A DNA stretch of 64,000 bases, taken from the sequence record OZ413489.1, one strand, 5' to 3'. This DNA is from a phage. Made by a program: the position numbers and the translations under genes. This document shows, one piece after another, positions 56,166 through 64,000 of the stretch (position 1 is its first letter; every line of letters begins with the position of its first letter). Under the pieces are notes generated by a model that did not search any database, was not told the origin of the DNA, and saw only the letters and a program-made list of their open reading frames with translations.

Positions 56166-57461
56166 AATAGTAAGAAATATGATTGTTATATGCGTAAACT
56201 GTAACTCATGTTATCAATCCCTGTATGGATCGCCAGTGGTGCGCATAATAGGTATTATGTTAAATTGCCCGTAATGATAACAGTTCTCACAATGATAGGT
56301 ATTCTCATTCATCCACACAAAATAGGTTGCAAATGTTGTGCCACTGTGTGAACGGCCTGGCCTATTAATTTCTCTCACTGCCTCGATATTTGAGAATTGT
56401 TATAAGAATGAGAAGTATTCCCATTCCGTCCGCCTGGCAGCACTCCTGTAGGTCCTGCAAGGACTCTAGCTGAAAGCTAGACCCTTCGGGCCTCCCTGTA
56501 GGTCAGGTCAAAATCGTGGTAGAATTGGGCCTGTTCAGATATTTCTGGCTGACTCTTCAGGTCTGTGTGGGAAAAGCCAACCTCTCCGGCGGGGCAGGGG
56601 GTCATGACGGGAAAATTGCAGGTCAATTAAAAAATTTACGTGGTGTATGAAGCGCTCTTCAGGTAAGGCATGTATTATGGGATGAAACCCTCTTCAGGCA
56701 ATGATATTTGTGGGTGTGATATTTGCTGGAAAGCCAGATATGACGGGACTCCCGGCGGGGATGGGGTAGTACAGACAGGGAAAATATGAGAATGTAGTTG
56801 GGGAAATTGATCAGACAGGTAGAGTATGGAATATGTTACAAGTATGTTAAATATGGAGGTTGAATATCTGTAGGATTTGTGTGTAAAATCAAAGACTTAA
56901 GGGGTGTTGTGGTATTTTCTATAAATAATTCAAGTTTAATAGGCAATATTTGTCTCTATCCGCTTTGTGTGGTAAACAGATTCAGATTAGATTGGTTTAC
57001 AAGTGTATACATAATATACAAATTAAAGATACAAGAAACCCCCCTCCCCCTTCGGCTACCATTCACCTTTTCCTCTGACTGGTACTTAAACACTTATTCA
57101 GACTCTTCAGGTTATCACCCATATATCATATGGCAGTGACTGGTGTCCTCCGGCCCCTCTTTCGTCACCCGTCCGCTTCGCCATGCTAATGCCATAGCCA
57201 ATGGTTCGGTTGTTCACTCTGTTCACTCAGGTGTATCTCCATACCCCTTCAAACCGAAGAGAACAGAAAACCCGAATTACTCGGTAAAAGAAAAGAGAAG
57301 AACTTAATTTTATCAGGATAGGCAAGAATGTCAAGGCATGACTGCTCACTAAACAAGCAAACAGTCATGTGTGGAAGGTAAGTGATTGTGGTGGTGGGAA
57401 ATTTAGTTGAAAGATGTGTTATAGGTGCTCCCAGCACTTTAGCCGGGTAGCTAATTGTGTG

Positions 57462-57743
57462 TCAGTCCAGTGGTTCATCACCTACTTCACTGAAATCAAT
57501 GTTCATGGTCTCCTCCCAACCATCAATCTCAGCACCAGAGTAGAGATCTTTAGGACTTACTCCCAAAGCATCAGCAACAGAGTCCATATTTAACACCTCT
57601 GGCAGGTATGATTCATCGAATTCAAGGTAAATCAGGCCACGAGTGTTGTCAGCTCCACCAAATATTTCTATCTTCATGAAATCTCCTCTGGGAATGAGAG
57701 TGTGAACAGGGTTTATACGTTCCAATGCGCTGGAATTATGCAC
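57462..57743 (-). CDS. Hypothetical acidic protein
   Basis: 93-aa track ORF; possible true start at the internal Met (MKIEIFGG). Confidence 0.45.
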   Translation of the reverse strand: MHNSSALERINPVHTLIPRGDFMKIEIFGGADNTRGLIYLEFDESYLPEVLNMDSVADALGVSPKDLYSGAEIDGWEETMNIDFSEVGDEPLD

Positions 57744-57797
57744 GTTTGCCTCTTCAGGCCATGCTTCAGCATGAGGAACCTGTGTGGGCTCGGTGCT

Positions 57798-58010
57798 TCA
57801 TAGTCTACCACCCCTGAACTCTTCGTGCTCAGGCATAATAGAGAACCAGATATCTACGATGTCTTCCCACGTCAGGTCATCAGCCTCAGGATCTACCTGG
57901 AGCGAAGATGAAGAATCTTCAGAATCGAAGTTTTCCTCTTGCACTGGCTCAGTCAAGGGACATATAGTCACTCCTTTGGATGTCTCTTCAGATGCATGTG
58001 TGTTTATCAT
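57798..58010 (-). CDS. Hypothetical acidic protein
   Basis: 70 aa; ATG overlaps the stop of the upstream micro-ORF. Confidence 0.45.
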   Translation of the reverse strand: MINTHASEETSKGVTICPLTEPVQEENFDSEDSSSSLQVDPEADDLTWEDIVDIWFSIMPEHEEFRGGRL

Positions 58011-58096
58011 GTTCCACCCGTGAGTATTCCGGCAACAGCTGCTATGGACGTAATGATCATCAGGATCACCACTAAAACTTCGGACAATGTTCTCAT
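58007..58096 (-). CDS. Small hydrophobic peptide (29 aa)
   Basis: Minus-strand ATG after RBS tggag; MRTLSEVLVVILMIITSIAAVAGILTGGT; sits downstream of the minus-strand promoter at 58129-58158. Confidence 0.4.
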   Translation of the reverse strand: MRTLSEVLVVILMIITSIAAVAGILTGGT

Positions 58097-58128
58097 TGTG
58101 TACTCCATATTCTACAAACTATGTGTGG

Positions 58129-58158
58129 ATACTATCACTGGATCGGTAATGTGTCAAC
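58129..58158 (-). promoter_or_regulatory. sigma70-type promoter (minus strand)
   Basis: Minus-strand reading TTGACA-17 bp-TAGTAT. Confidence 0.5.
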
Positions 58159-58312
58159 AGAAACGCCGCGAGGGTTTGGTTAAAATCCGAGCGTATGGTG
58201 ATTTGGGTCAAAACGGACGTGCGTTCTCGCTACGCTCGAAATATGGAGTTGTTTGTAGGGAGCTCTTAAACGCTCTGTAATGAAATTAACTACCCAAGGT
58301 ATGCAATCGTGC

Positions 58313-58346
58313 ACCAGACAAAGAAAAGGACGCCACAGAGCGTCCT
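58313..58346 (-). terminator. Rho-independent terminator (minus strand)
   Basis: Minus-strand hairpin ggacgctctgtggcgtcc followed by ttttctttgtct, downstream of the gene ending at 58371. Confidence 0.65.
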
Positions 58347-58370
58347 AGGTGTCTTAAATTTGATATTTTG

Positions 58371-58682
58371 CTATACCCACGAGGGCTTATCAAGGTTGGA
58401 GTAGCTGAAAGGTGTCAAAAGGTGACTGTCAAAATCTCTCAAACTATCCAAATCTTTTTCCTCGTCCTGACACCATCTGTGCCTACATTTGTTGTTGTAG
58501 TGCATGGAATGCATAGCGTTCTGCAACTTAACAGGCACAAGTGATTCAGGAGTAGATAGTATTGTTGGGTATGCCAGAACCACCTCAAACAGTGGAAACA
58601 CATCGAAACTAAAGTCTACCTCTGCAGAGGTTGATGGCATATAGGAGTATTTAGCCGCCTTTGTAGACATAATCCACCTCAC
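58371..58682 (-). CDS. Hypothetical protein
   Basis: 103 aa; start overlaps the upstream stop. Confidence 0.5.
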   Translation of the reverse strand: MRWIMSTKAAKYSYMPSTSAEVDFSFDVFPLFEVVLAYPTILSTPESLVPVKLQNAMHSMHYNNKCRHRWCQDEEKDLDSLRDFDSHLLTPFSYSNLDKPSWV

Positions 58683-59011
58683 ACAGGTTTGATAATACCT
58701 TCACCGAATAGCTCTTCGTATCTAATCTTGTCCGGATCCCACTCCTGTATAATTTCGAAGACAATATCCAACCCAGGAACAATCACTTCTCCAGTGTCAA
58801 GCTTAGCAAGAACAAAACCGGAAGGTTGAATGGTTTCCCAGTTACGGCGATCAGAATAAAATACTTCGAAAATATCACCAACCTCAATCCGTTTCTGTTG
58901 CTCAAGATGCTGAAGGTTCTCTTTCATACGGATGCAGCGTATTTTTCGTGCAGGCCATAGACCACCTGCATCACGTTCATTCAATTCTTTTACAGTGATC
59001 GGTATACCCAT
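58679..59011 (-). CDS. Hypothetical protein
   Basis: 110 aa; RBS gaaggagac. Confidence 0.5.
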   Translation of the reverse strand: MGIPITVKELNERDAGGLWPARKIRCIRMKENLQHLEQQKRIEVGDIFEVFYSDRRNWETIQPSGFVLAKLDTGEVIVPGLDIVFEIIQEWDPDKIRYEELFGEGIIKPV

Positions 59012-59023
59012 CTCAAGTCTCCT

Positions 59024-59056
59024 TCATGGATAGTAAAAAGAGGGGCCTAAGCCCCC
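59024..59056. terminator. Hairpin terminator (functional on minus strand, possibly bidirectional)
   Basis: agaggggcctaagcccccctct flanked by aaaa / ttt tracts; lies after the minus gene ending at 59067. Confidence 0.55.
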
Positions 59057-59066
59057 CTCTTTGTCA

Positions 59067-59372
59067 TTATTCTACAGAGCGTTTGAACAGAATGTCTGCC
59101 TCAGACATGTGCTCAACCTCTTCTTCGATTTTAGCTCGACGTTTTTCAGCCTCATATCGAATATCGAACTCGGTAGCCACCAGAGATTTGATGAATTTAG
59201 GAGAATACAGATGATCCTGCTTCTCAACAAGAATGATATCCTTGATGGCATCTTTCAAATCTTTAATCTGAAGCTGGAGTTCCACCAGTTCTTCAATTGT
59301 TTTGCGAAGGCGATCACGTTCTGCAGTGTCAGAAGGAAGAGAGGTGAACAGTTCAACTTTAGATTTAGCCAT
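59067..59372 (-). CDS. Hypothetical coiled-coil protein
   Basis: 101 aa; RBS taaggagac; charged heptad-like sequence. Confidence 0.5.
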   Translation of the reverse strand: MAKSKVELFTSLPSDTAERDRLRKTIEELVELQLQIKDLKDAIKDIILVEKQDHLYSPKFIKSLVATEFDIRYEAEKRRAKIEEEVEHMSEADILFKRSVE

Positions 59373-59400
59373 AGTAAGAGTCTCCTTATGTTGTTTTAAA

Positions 59401-59652
59401 TTAACGTTCTACAAAAATACCGTTCAGTTCAATAACCAGGAATTTCTGGTCTTCACTATCGTCTCGTGCCAGCACCTCACAGACGTATCGGTCATCCCCA
59501 TCATCATCGCAGTCAAATACAAGACTGAGGACTTTATCATGGTAAACCTTCGCCACTACCGCCTCGTAAGTATTGCCGATTGTGAATCCAAGATAATCTC
59601 CGATGCATTTGACAACAACATGGTCTCCAGCATTTAAGTCAATCTTCGTCAT
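59401..59652 (-). CDS. Hypothetical protein
   Basis: Track ORF to 59718; RBS aaggag precedes the internal Met (MTKIDLNAGDHVV) at about 59652. Confidence 0.45.
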   Translation of the reverse strand: MTKIDLNAGDHVVVKCIGDYLGFTIGNTYEAVVAKVYHDKVLSLVFDCDDDGDDRYVCEVLARDDSEDQKFLVIELNGIFVER

Positions 59653-59779
59653 TACTGCGCTCCTTGGGTAATAATACTGTATGTAAAACTTTAACCAGAG
59701 ATGTGAATAACGCCCCAAAACACACCGATAGCGCTAAAACAGACAAGGCCATCATTAAAGCTTCAGTAAAATCCGTCAT
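59642..59779 (-). CDS. Small membrane peptide (45 aa)
   Basis: Minus-strand ATG after RBS gaggtgagga; TM helix ALMMALSVLALSVCFGALF; overlaps the next start. Confidence 0.4.
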
Positions 59780-59807
59780 TCCTCACCTCTTGTTAGTCAC
59801 TATACTA

Positions 59808-60071
59808 TCATTTATCCTTGTCGTCAAGAACTTTTTTAAATCTTTCAGGGATATCTCCCGTTCTTAGATAGTTCATGACCTCGCAAGGTTCCCACTTGAA
59901 TTTCTTACAGAGCAGGGCGGCTGAGATTGTTTCATTGCGAAAAGAAAGGATATTAATATCCCACTCTGAGAACCCCAACTTCCGAAGGGTAGCTACAGAA
60001 ATCCTCACCGCAACCCAGCAGCAAAAACATGCAACAAACGCCACTGCTACAACCCACATCAGGATGTTCAT
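59808..60071 (-). CDS. Membrane protein
   Basis: 87 aa; N-terminal TM helix ILMWVVAVAFVACFCCWVAV. Confidence 0.5.
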   Translation of the reverse strand: MNILMWVVAVAFVACFCCWVAVRISVATLRKLGFSEWDINILSFRNETISAALLCKKFKWEPCEVMNYLRTGDIPERFKKVLDDKDK

Positions 60072-60160
60072 ATAAGCACCTTACTGAAATACAAGACACA
60101 GTGTTAAGGTTACTGACCAGCAAATAATTAACAGTGCCGTTGCAACCTTGGCAAGATTTA

Positions 60161-60448
60161 TCATAGTGCCTCTAAGATTTCATATCCTTCGGGTCGGAAT
60201 ACAAGCCACTCCGTGGCTCCGTTTGGTCGATACGCTTTATACAGAACAACCTGATCTCGGCACATGCACATGGCTACATAGTTTTCATCCACACCTGCAG
60301 CCTGCATTGCATCTTCTTCTCCGGCAACCGCTTTGCTTACAACTTCCTTGGTAGGCAGGTGTGCGATCAGCTCGTCACCATCATTAATTCCAAAATGGCT
60401 GAGTTCTCCATTGGTATCTTTGATCTTAATCTTAACCAGATCTTTCAT
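60161..60448 (-). CDS. Hypothetical protein
   Basis: 95 aa; start overlaps the upstream stop. Confidence 0.5.
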   Translation of the reverse strand: MKDLVKIKIKDTNGELSHFGINDGDELIAHLPTKEVVSKAVAGEEDAMQAAGVDENYVAMCMCRDQVVLYKAYRPNGATEWLVFRPEGYEILEAL

Positions 60449-60777
60449 TAGTCTTTCTCCAGGTTCAAAGGTCCTAAGATTTCATATGCCAGATTAGAAG
60501 TTACAAGAGGGTCTTCTGCGTCTTTAGTATTATACCACCCGTGAATAACCAGAGTCCCACTTTGTTTCATGTCCAACTGTAACTCTTCTGCCGTTTCCTC
60601 ATCCAGCTCCAAGATTTCCATAAGGTATTTGATGTTAGGGAGGTATGCAGCTGTTACAGTCCCCTCTACCAGACCTTCAGGCCAACCTACATCTGGATGA
60701 CAAGTAGGAACCAGGTTGGTCAGCTTAATGGTGTACGCTTTTTCTGCACGAGCCTTCAGTAACGGGTCAATCTTCAT
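60448..60777 (-). CDS. Hypothetical acidic protein
   Basis: 109 aa; ATGA coupling. Confidence 0.5.
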   Translation of the reverse strand: MKIDPLLKARAEKAYTIKLTNLVPTCHPDVGWPEGLVEGTVTAAYLPNIKYLMEILELDEETAEELQLDMKQSGTLVIHGWYNTKDAEDPLVTSNLAYEILGPLNLEKD

Positions 60778-61127
60778 TATTCGTCCTCCTCTTCGGTACC
60801 TGCTTCCAGTAATAAGTTAAGAATATCTTCTGCACAAGGCTCATAGAACTCTTGGCCTTCATTATCGATGATTTTATAGTCATCTCCACGAATAATCAGG
60901 GGATCACTCTCAAAATTATCGAGACCTTTAACAACGACAACACGATCGATTGCCATCATTGTAAGAACTTTATCGACATCTTCCTCTGCTACACCATACT
61001 GCAGCAGAATGTCTTTGGTAGGAGGAACAGCATCCACCACAACGCCGTTACCAAAACCTTCTGGAAGTTTAGCTAAAATATCTTCCGGAACCACATTCAC
61101 ATCAAAACCGGTAATTTCTACTTTCAT
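60777..61127 (-). CDS. Small acidic protein, tandem paralogue family
   Basis: 116 aa; begins MKVEITGF; Asp/Glu-rich; resembles 61128-61388 and 62552-62821 in start and composition. Confidence 0.5.
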   Translation of the reverse strand: MKVEITGFDVNVVPEDILAKLPEGFGNGVVVDAVPPTKDILLQYGVAEEDVDKVLTMMAIDRVVVVKGLDNFESDPLIIRGDDYKIIDNEGQEFYEPCAEDILNLLLEAGTEEEDE

Positions 61128-61388
61128 TTACAGCACCTCTTCGTCAACTACTTCATAAAAATGGCCTGGGATTGCAATAGCGTTCTCACCTTCACCTACA
61201 AACACAGTTCCGTCAAGAATCAACATCATAAGAATTTCTGTAATATCCTCTTCCGGAACGTTGCCAAAACCTTTAATCAGCTCGTAGGTTGGAATATTTA
61301 CCTCTAAGATGTCACCATCTTTAGAACGGAAATCAACACCGTCCTGAATCTCTGCCGTTTCAAGGTTTTTCAATTTAATCTTCATCAA
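61128..61388 (-). CDS. Small acidic protein, tandem paralogue family
   Basis: 86 aa; begins MMKIKLKNLETAEI. Confidence 0.5.
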   Translation of the reverse strand: MMKIKLKNLETAEIQDGVDFRSKDGDILEVNIPTYELIKGFGNVPEEDITEILMMLILDGTVFVGEGENAIAIPGHFYEVVDEEVL

Positions 61389-61464
61389 TCGGTCTCCTGT
61401 CTTGTTAAGATGAAGGTATTATTTCACACAGGGTTGGCGTTGTCAACACCTGTGTGCAAGAAAA

Positions 61465-61860
61465 TTACTGAAACAGTGCGGATAAATTACCTTCTGGTGG
61501 GAACTTATCTGCCAAAAACGGTGTTAGCACAGTAGCCCTCTGAAGATCTGGGGTCCACTCGTTGTTCAGAACATCCCAGTAGTACGCAATGTTGCTGTGT
61601 GGGTGCCGCATTACGAACTTTTTCCCTTCGTAGTCATCTGAAACCTCTACAGAAGAAATAACAACAGAATCTTCAAGGGTTTCTTCATAGAAAGATCCAC
61701 CTTCAAATTTCCAACGAGATGCAAGAGCCCCTGCCTTGAACGCTGCAGATAACGGACTGTCGGCAAGAACATACATTTCTTGCACTCTGTCGCTGCGATC
61801 TTTGCTTCTTACGTTGTATACAGTATCTGAGCTATACTCAACACGGTATAGGCTTACCAT
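61465..61860 (-). CDS. Hypothetical protein (paralogue of 63667-64000)
   Basis: 131 aa; shares KKFVMRHPHSNIAYYWDVLNNEWTP with KVFVIVHPDSRVKHYWNARTKTWTP of the gene at 63667. Confidence 0.5.
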   Translation of the reverse strand: MVSLYRVEYSSDTVYNVRSKDRSDRVQEMYVLADSPLSAAFKAGALASRWKFEGGSFYEETLEDSVVISSVEVSDDYEGKKFVMRHPHSNIAYYWDVLNNEWTPDLQRATVLTPFLADKFPPEGNLSALFQ

Positions 61861-62192
61861 TACCGAACCTCCTCAATAACTTCCACATCTGAACCTACCA
61901 CAAATGCAAAAGGACAGGTTTCATGAAAGATATCCGGATCGCCGCCAAGCTTGCTAACAATTTCTCCACCACTAATAAACACAAGCTCACCGATATTCAT
62001 CAGATTGCTGAAATAGTACCCATAATGATTAAAGAATGCAGCAGGGTCAGGTAGACTAGTAGCCTCAAGCACTACATCGGTTGAGGTTACTTTCTTATCA
62101 TAACCTCTCGCCTTTTGAGATGCAAGATCTGCAGAATCCTCAGGCGACCGGAGATGCACAGGAATTGTTTCACCAATAAAGCGTACTTTCAT
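61860..62192 (-). CDS. Hypothetical protein
   Basis: Track ORF to 62219 overlaps the upstream gene by 22 nt; the internal Met (MKVRFIGE) at about 62192 is immediately after the upstream stop. Confidence 0.45.
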   Translation of the reverse strand: MKVRFIGETIPVHLRSPEDSADLASQKARGYDKKVTSTDVVLEATSLPDPAAFFNHYGYYFSNLMNIGELVFISGGEIVSKLGGDPDIFHETCPFAFVVGSDVEVIEEVR

Positions 62193-62196
62193 ATTA

Positions 62197-62460
62197 TCAC
62201 CCAACAACCATAGCTTCAAAAGGAGTCATGAACGAATAAACGGCATCATCATCTGCTTCAGGGAATGCTCCCAAAGACTTCATATCTGAGCCCTTGACAA
62301 ATACAAGGTTTTGATCAAAGGCTTCTTGGGGGTCAATCCGATACATATTTCGTAAAATATCGCTTACCTCCTCATCAAGAGGTGAGTATGCTGTGCACGT
62401 TTTTCCGATCAAGCTTTGAGAATCAGGGTATCCACCTGAAGTTTTAAAATAAACAATCAT
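62197..62460 (-). CDS. Hypothetical protein
   Basis: 87 aa. Confidence 0.45.
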   Translation of the reverse strand: MIVYFKTSGGYPDSQSLIGKTCTAYSPLDEEVSDILRNMYRIDPQEAFDQNLVFVKGSDMKSLGAFPEADDDAVYSFMTPFEAMVVG

Positions 62461-62551
62461 ATAGTATCACCTCTGGTAAGAGATTGGGACTCCTTTCCCA
62501 CAAATAATTACAAATCTTCCTTAGCGAGGAAGTATGCTAATCCAAGCAGGA

Positions 62552-62821
62552 TTATTCCTCTACAATCTCATACACATCAGGAGTTACAATCAACTCTTCT
62601 CCGTTACCCGGTGCAACAAACACCACCAAACCTTCAGGTGTGTGCTTTTTAGCCATCTCGATAACATCTTCTCGCAGAGCTGGCTCCATCAGATCAAAAC
62701 CTTCACCTAGGGCATCACGAACCACCTTCATATAGTCCACTGGTTGTGCTTCAACAATCATGCCTTCAACCAGTCCACAATTTTTGTCTGCCAGCTCAGT
62801 TTGGAATAATTTAATTTTCAT
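62552..62821 (-). CDS. Small acidic protein, tandem paralogue family
   Basis: 89 aa; begins MKIKLFQTELADK. Confidence 0.5.
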   Translation of the reverse strand: MKIKLFQTELADKNCGLVEGMIVEAQPVDYMKVVRDALGEGFDLMEPALREDVIEMAKKHTPEGLVVFVAPGNGEELIVTPDVYEIVEE

Positions 62822-62958
62822 TTAGAGGTCTCCTCAATTATTTGATATTAATAGCCGTAACCTAACACATTAACTACAACTGCGATTGCAAACATAATTT
62901 CAAAGCATGCAATCTCTACATTTGGGACTAATTTCTTAATCACACCCATTGTAGCACC

Positions 62959-63276
62959 TCATTCTCCAAAGTCAATCTTTACTTTGCCTTTCCCCTTACC
63001 TTTCTTTCCACCGCATTTAGCCAGCTGACGTGCTGCAACATCTACCATACGGTCAGTTGCCTCGTAAGCATCACTGCCTTTAGCCTTGGCAATAACTTCT
63101 TTTCCAGAATTGTCAAAAATGAACGCCATAACTTCCTGGTGATCATTTTCAACTTTTACACTCACACGTGCATAGTTGGCAGAGGGATGCAAACGCTCCA
63201 ACTTAGACATTTTGTGGGAAATGAAAGACACCATACCTTCAGTGATTTCTACGTTGCCAGTGATTTCAATTTGCAT
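62959..63276 (-). CDS. hpf: Ribosome hibernation promoting factor / RaiA-like (short HPF family)
   Basis: 105 aa; aligns along its length with short HPF/YfiA proteins (MQIEITGNVEITEG ... VSVKVE ... AKAKGSDAYEATDRMVDVAARQLAK); Lys/Gly-rich tail. Confidence 0.7.
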   Translation of the reverse strand: MQIEITGNVEITEGMVSFISHKMSKLERLHPSANYARVSVKVENDHQEVMAFIFDNSGKEVIAKAKGSDAYEATDRMVDVAARQLAKCGGKKGKGKGKVKIDFGE

Positions 63277-63323
63277 AACGTGTTCCTTTTAAAGAAGAGG
63301 GAACCGAACCCTCTTTGAAAACA

Positions 63324-63353
63324 ATGATACTAAATCTGAAGCGTTGTGTCAAC
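63324..63353 (-). promoter_or_regulatory. sigma70-type promoter for the HPF-like gene
   Basis: Minus-strand reading TTGACA-17 bp-TATCAT, then 5'-UTR hairpin agagggttcggttccctct and RBS aaaaggaac. Confidence 0.55.
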
Positions 63354-63358
63354 AGTTT

Positions 63359-63649
63359 TTACAGATTGTTGTCGATAGTTTTTAAAATATCCACAGCAAG
63401 ATCTGCCATTTTTCGAACATACTCTGCAAACTCAACAGGATCCTTGATCAAAGAATTCACAGGGTCGTACCCTAGAGCGTTCAAAATGGCTGCAGCATCT
63501 ACAACCTTCTCATCATTTGCGAAGATCTCTCCATCAAACTTGTAGGTCCATTTTGAGTCAATCTTGGCAGGGAATGATTGGTCAACGCTTGTTACACCAT
63601 CCTTTTTAAACGCTCCGGTGTTATCAGTGTCTAGAACTAAATCCATCAT
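63359..63649 (-). CDS. Hypothetical protein
   Basis: 96 aa. Confidence 0.5.
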   Translation of the reverse strand: MMDLVLDTDNTGAFKKDGVTSVDQSFPAKIDSKWTYKFDGEIFANDEKVVDAAAILNALGYDPVNSLIKDPVEFAEYVRKMADLAVDILKTIDNNL

Positions 63650-63666
63650 GTTAGTACCTCACCGTT

Positions 63667-64000
63667 TCAGTTTAGCTTTTCTTCAACAACCCCATAGCTC
63701 GGGACAGAGTCAAGAGCTTTCTGGTTTAAAAGTGGTGTAGCAGAATCTGCAAACGGTGTCCAAGTTTTTGTTCTGGCGTTCCAGTAATGCTTCACTCTGG
63801 AATCTGGATGCACTATAACAAAAACTTTTTCACTTGTCAACACATTAATTTCTTCCACACCCCTGCTGATAATTTCTCCGTCATATCCCCCGGTCTGGTA
63901 TCCTTCGTACCAGGTTCTTGCATAGGCATAGCCAGCCTGCCAGCATGCAGCCTCCTCCGAGGTGGAGACTACGTAGAAGTCTTTCTCAAATTCTGGGATA
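63667..64000 (-). CDS. Hypothetical protein, 5' end outside window (paralogue of 61465-61860)
   Basis: Minus-strand frame stays open to the window edge beyond the GTG the track used at 63858; conserved HYWNARTKTWTP segment. Confidence 0.45.
   Translation of the reverse strand, partial: IPEFEKDFYVVSTSEEAACWQAGYAYARTWYEGYQTGGYDGEIISRGVEEINVLTSEKVFVIVHPDSRVKHYWNARTKTWTPFADSATPLLNQKALDSVPSYGVVEEKLN

Larger units (their letters stand above)
54900..57460. other. Large repeat-rich AT-rich non-coding region between convergent gene blocks (candidate origin / packaging site / genome terminus)
   Basis: About 2.5 kb with no credible ORF; holds a perfect tandem duplication, short iterons and dispersed repeats; genes on both sides point into it. 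Confidence 0.55.

Noticed and set aside
55575-57437. ORFs 55575-55763, 56879-57139 and 57249-57437 inside the repeat-rich non-coding region
   Set aside because: AT-rich low-complexity translations, no RBS, and they overlap tandem and dispersed repeats.
1-64000. Searched for tRNA genes, a phage-encoded RNA polymerase, integrase or repressor
   Set aside because: No T-loop-like GGTTCGAAT-type motif in non-coding DNA, no protein with RNA polymerase or recombinase motifs; promoters are host sigma70-type, so the window gives no sign of temperate lifestyle.

Overview
This window reads as a contiguous piece of a large tailed dsDNA phage genome; no host chromosomal genes are evident. Layout: (1) 1-16316, plus strand, a late tail/baseplate module: a 5'-truncated tail-fibre gene, baseplate J-like and gpI-like genes, two paralogous tail-fibre proteins with a tail-fibre-assembly chaperone, a 581-aa fibre/spike-like protein and a 1878-aa protein with an Ig-like repeat, ending at a bidirectional terminator. 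(2) 16364-23256, minus strand, small genes plus a HAD phosphatase and a VWA/metallopeptidase-like protein. (3) 23399-36896, plus strand, a replication module: MoxR-like AAA+ ATPase, secreted SleB-like wall hydrolase, short GHKL ATPase, Dda/RecD-like helicase, C5-cytosine methyltransferase, primase-helicase, family-A DNA polymerase. (4) 37164-54848, plus strand, about 50 small early genes, many with their own sigma70-type promoter and a 5'-UTR hairpin, including an SSB-like protein, an HNH homing endonuclease and a macro-domain protein. (5) 46050-47230, a non-coding island with iterons, two Fur-box-like operators and a conserved hairpin motif. (6) 54900-57460, a 2.5-kb repeat-rich non-coding region between convergent gene blocks. 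(7) 57462-64000, minus strand, small early-type genes including a ribosome hibernation factor (HPF/RaiA) homologue. All calls come from reading the sequence and the ORF track; no searches were run, so domain assignments are motif-level and coordinates of non-coding features are approximate (about +/-3 bp). No phage RNA polymerase, tRNA or CRISPR array was found.
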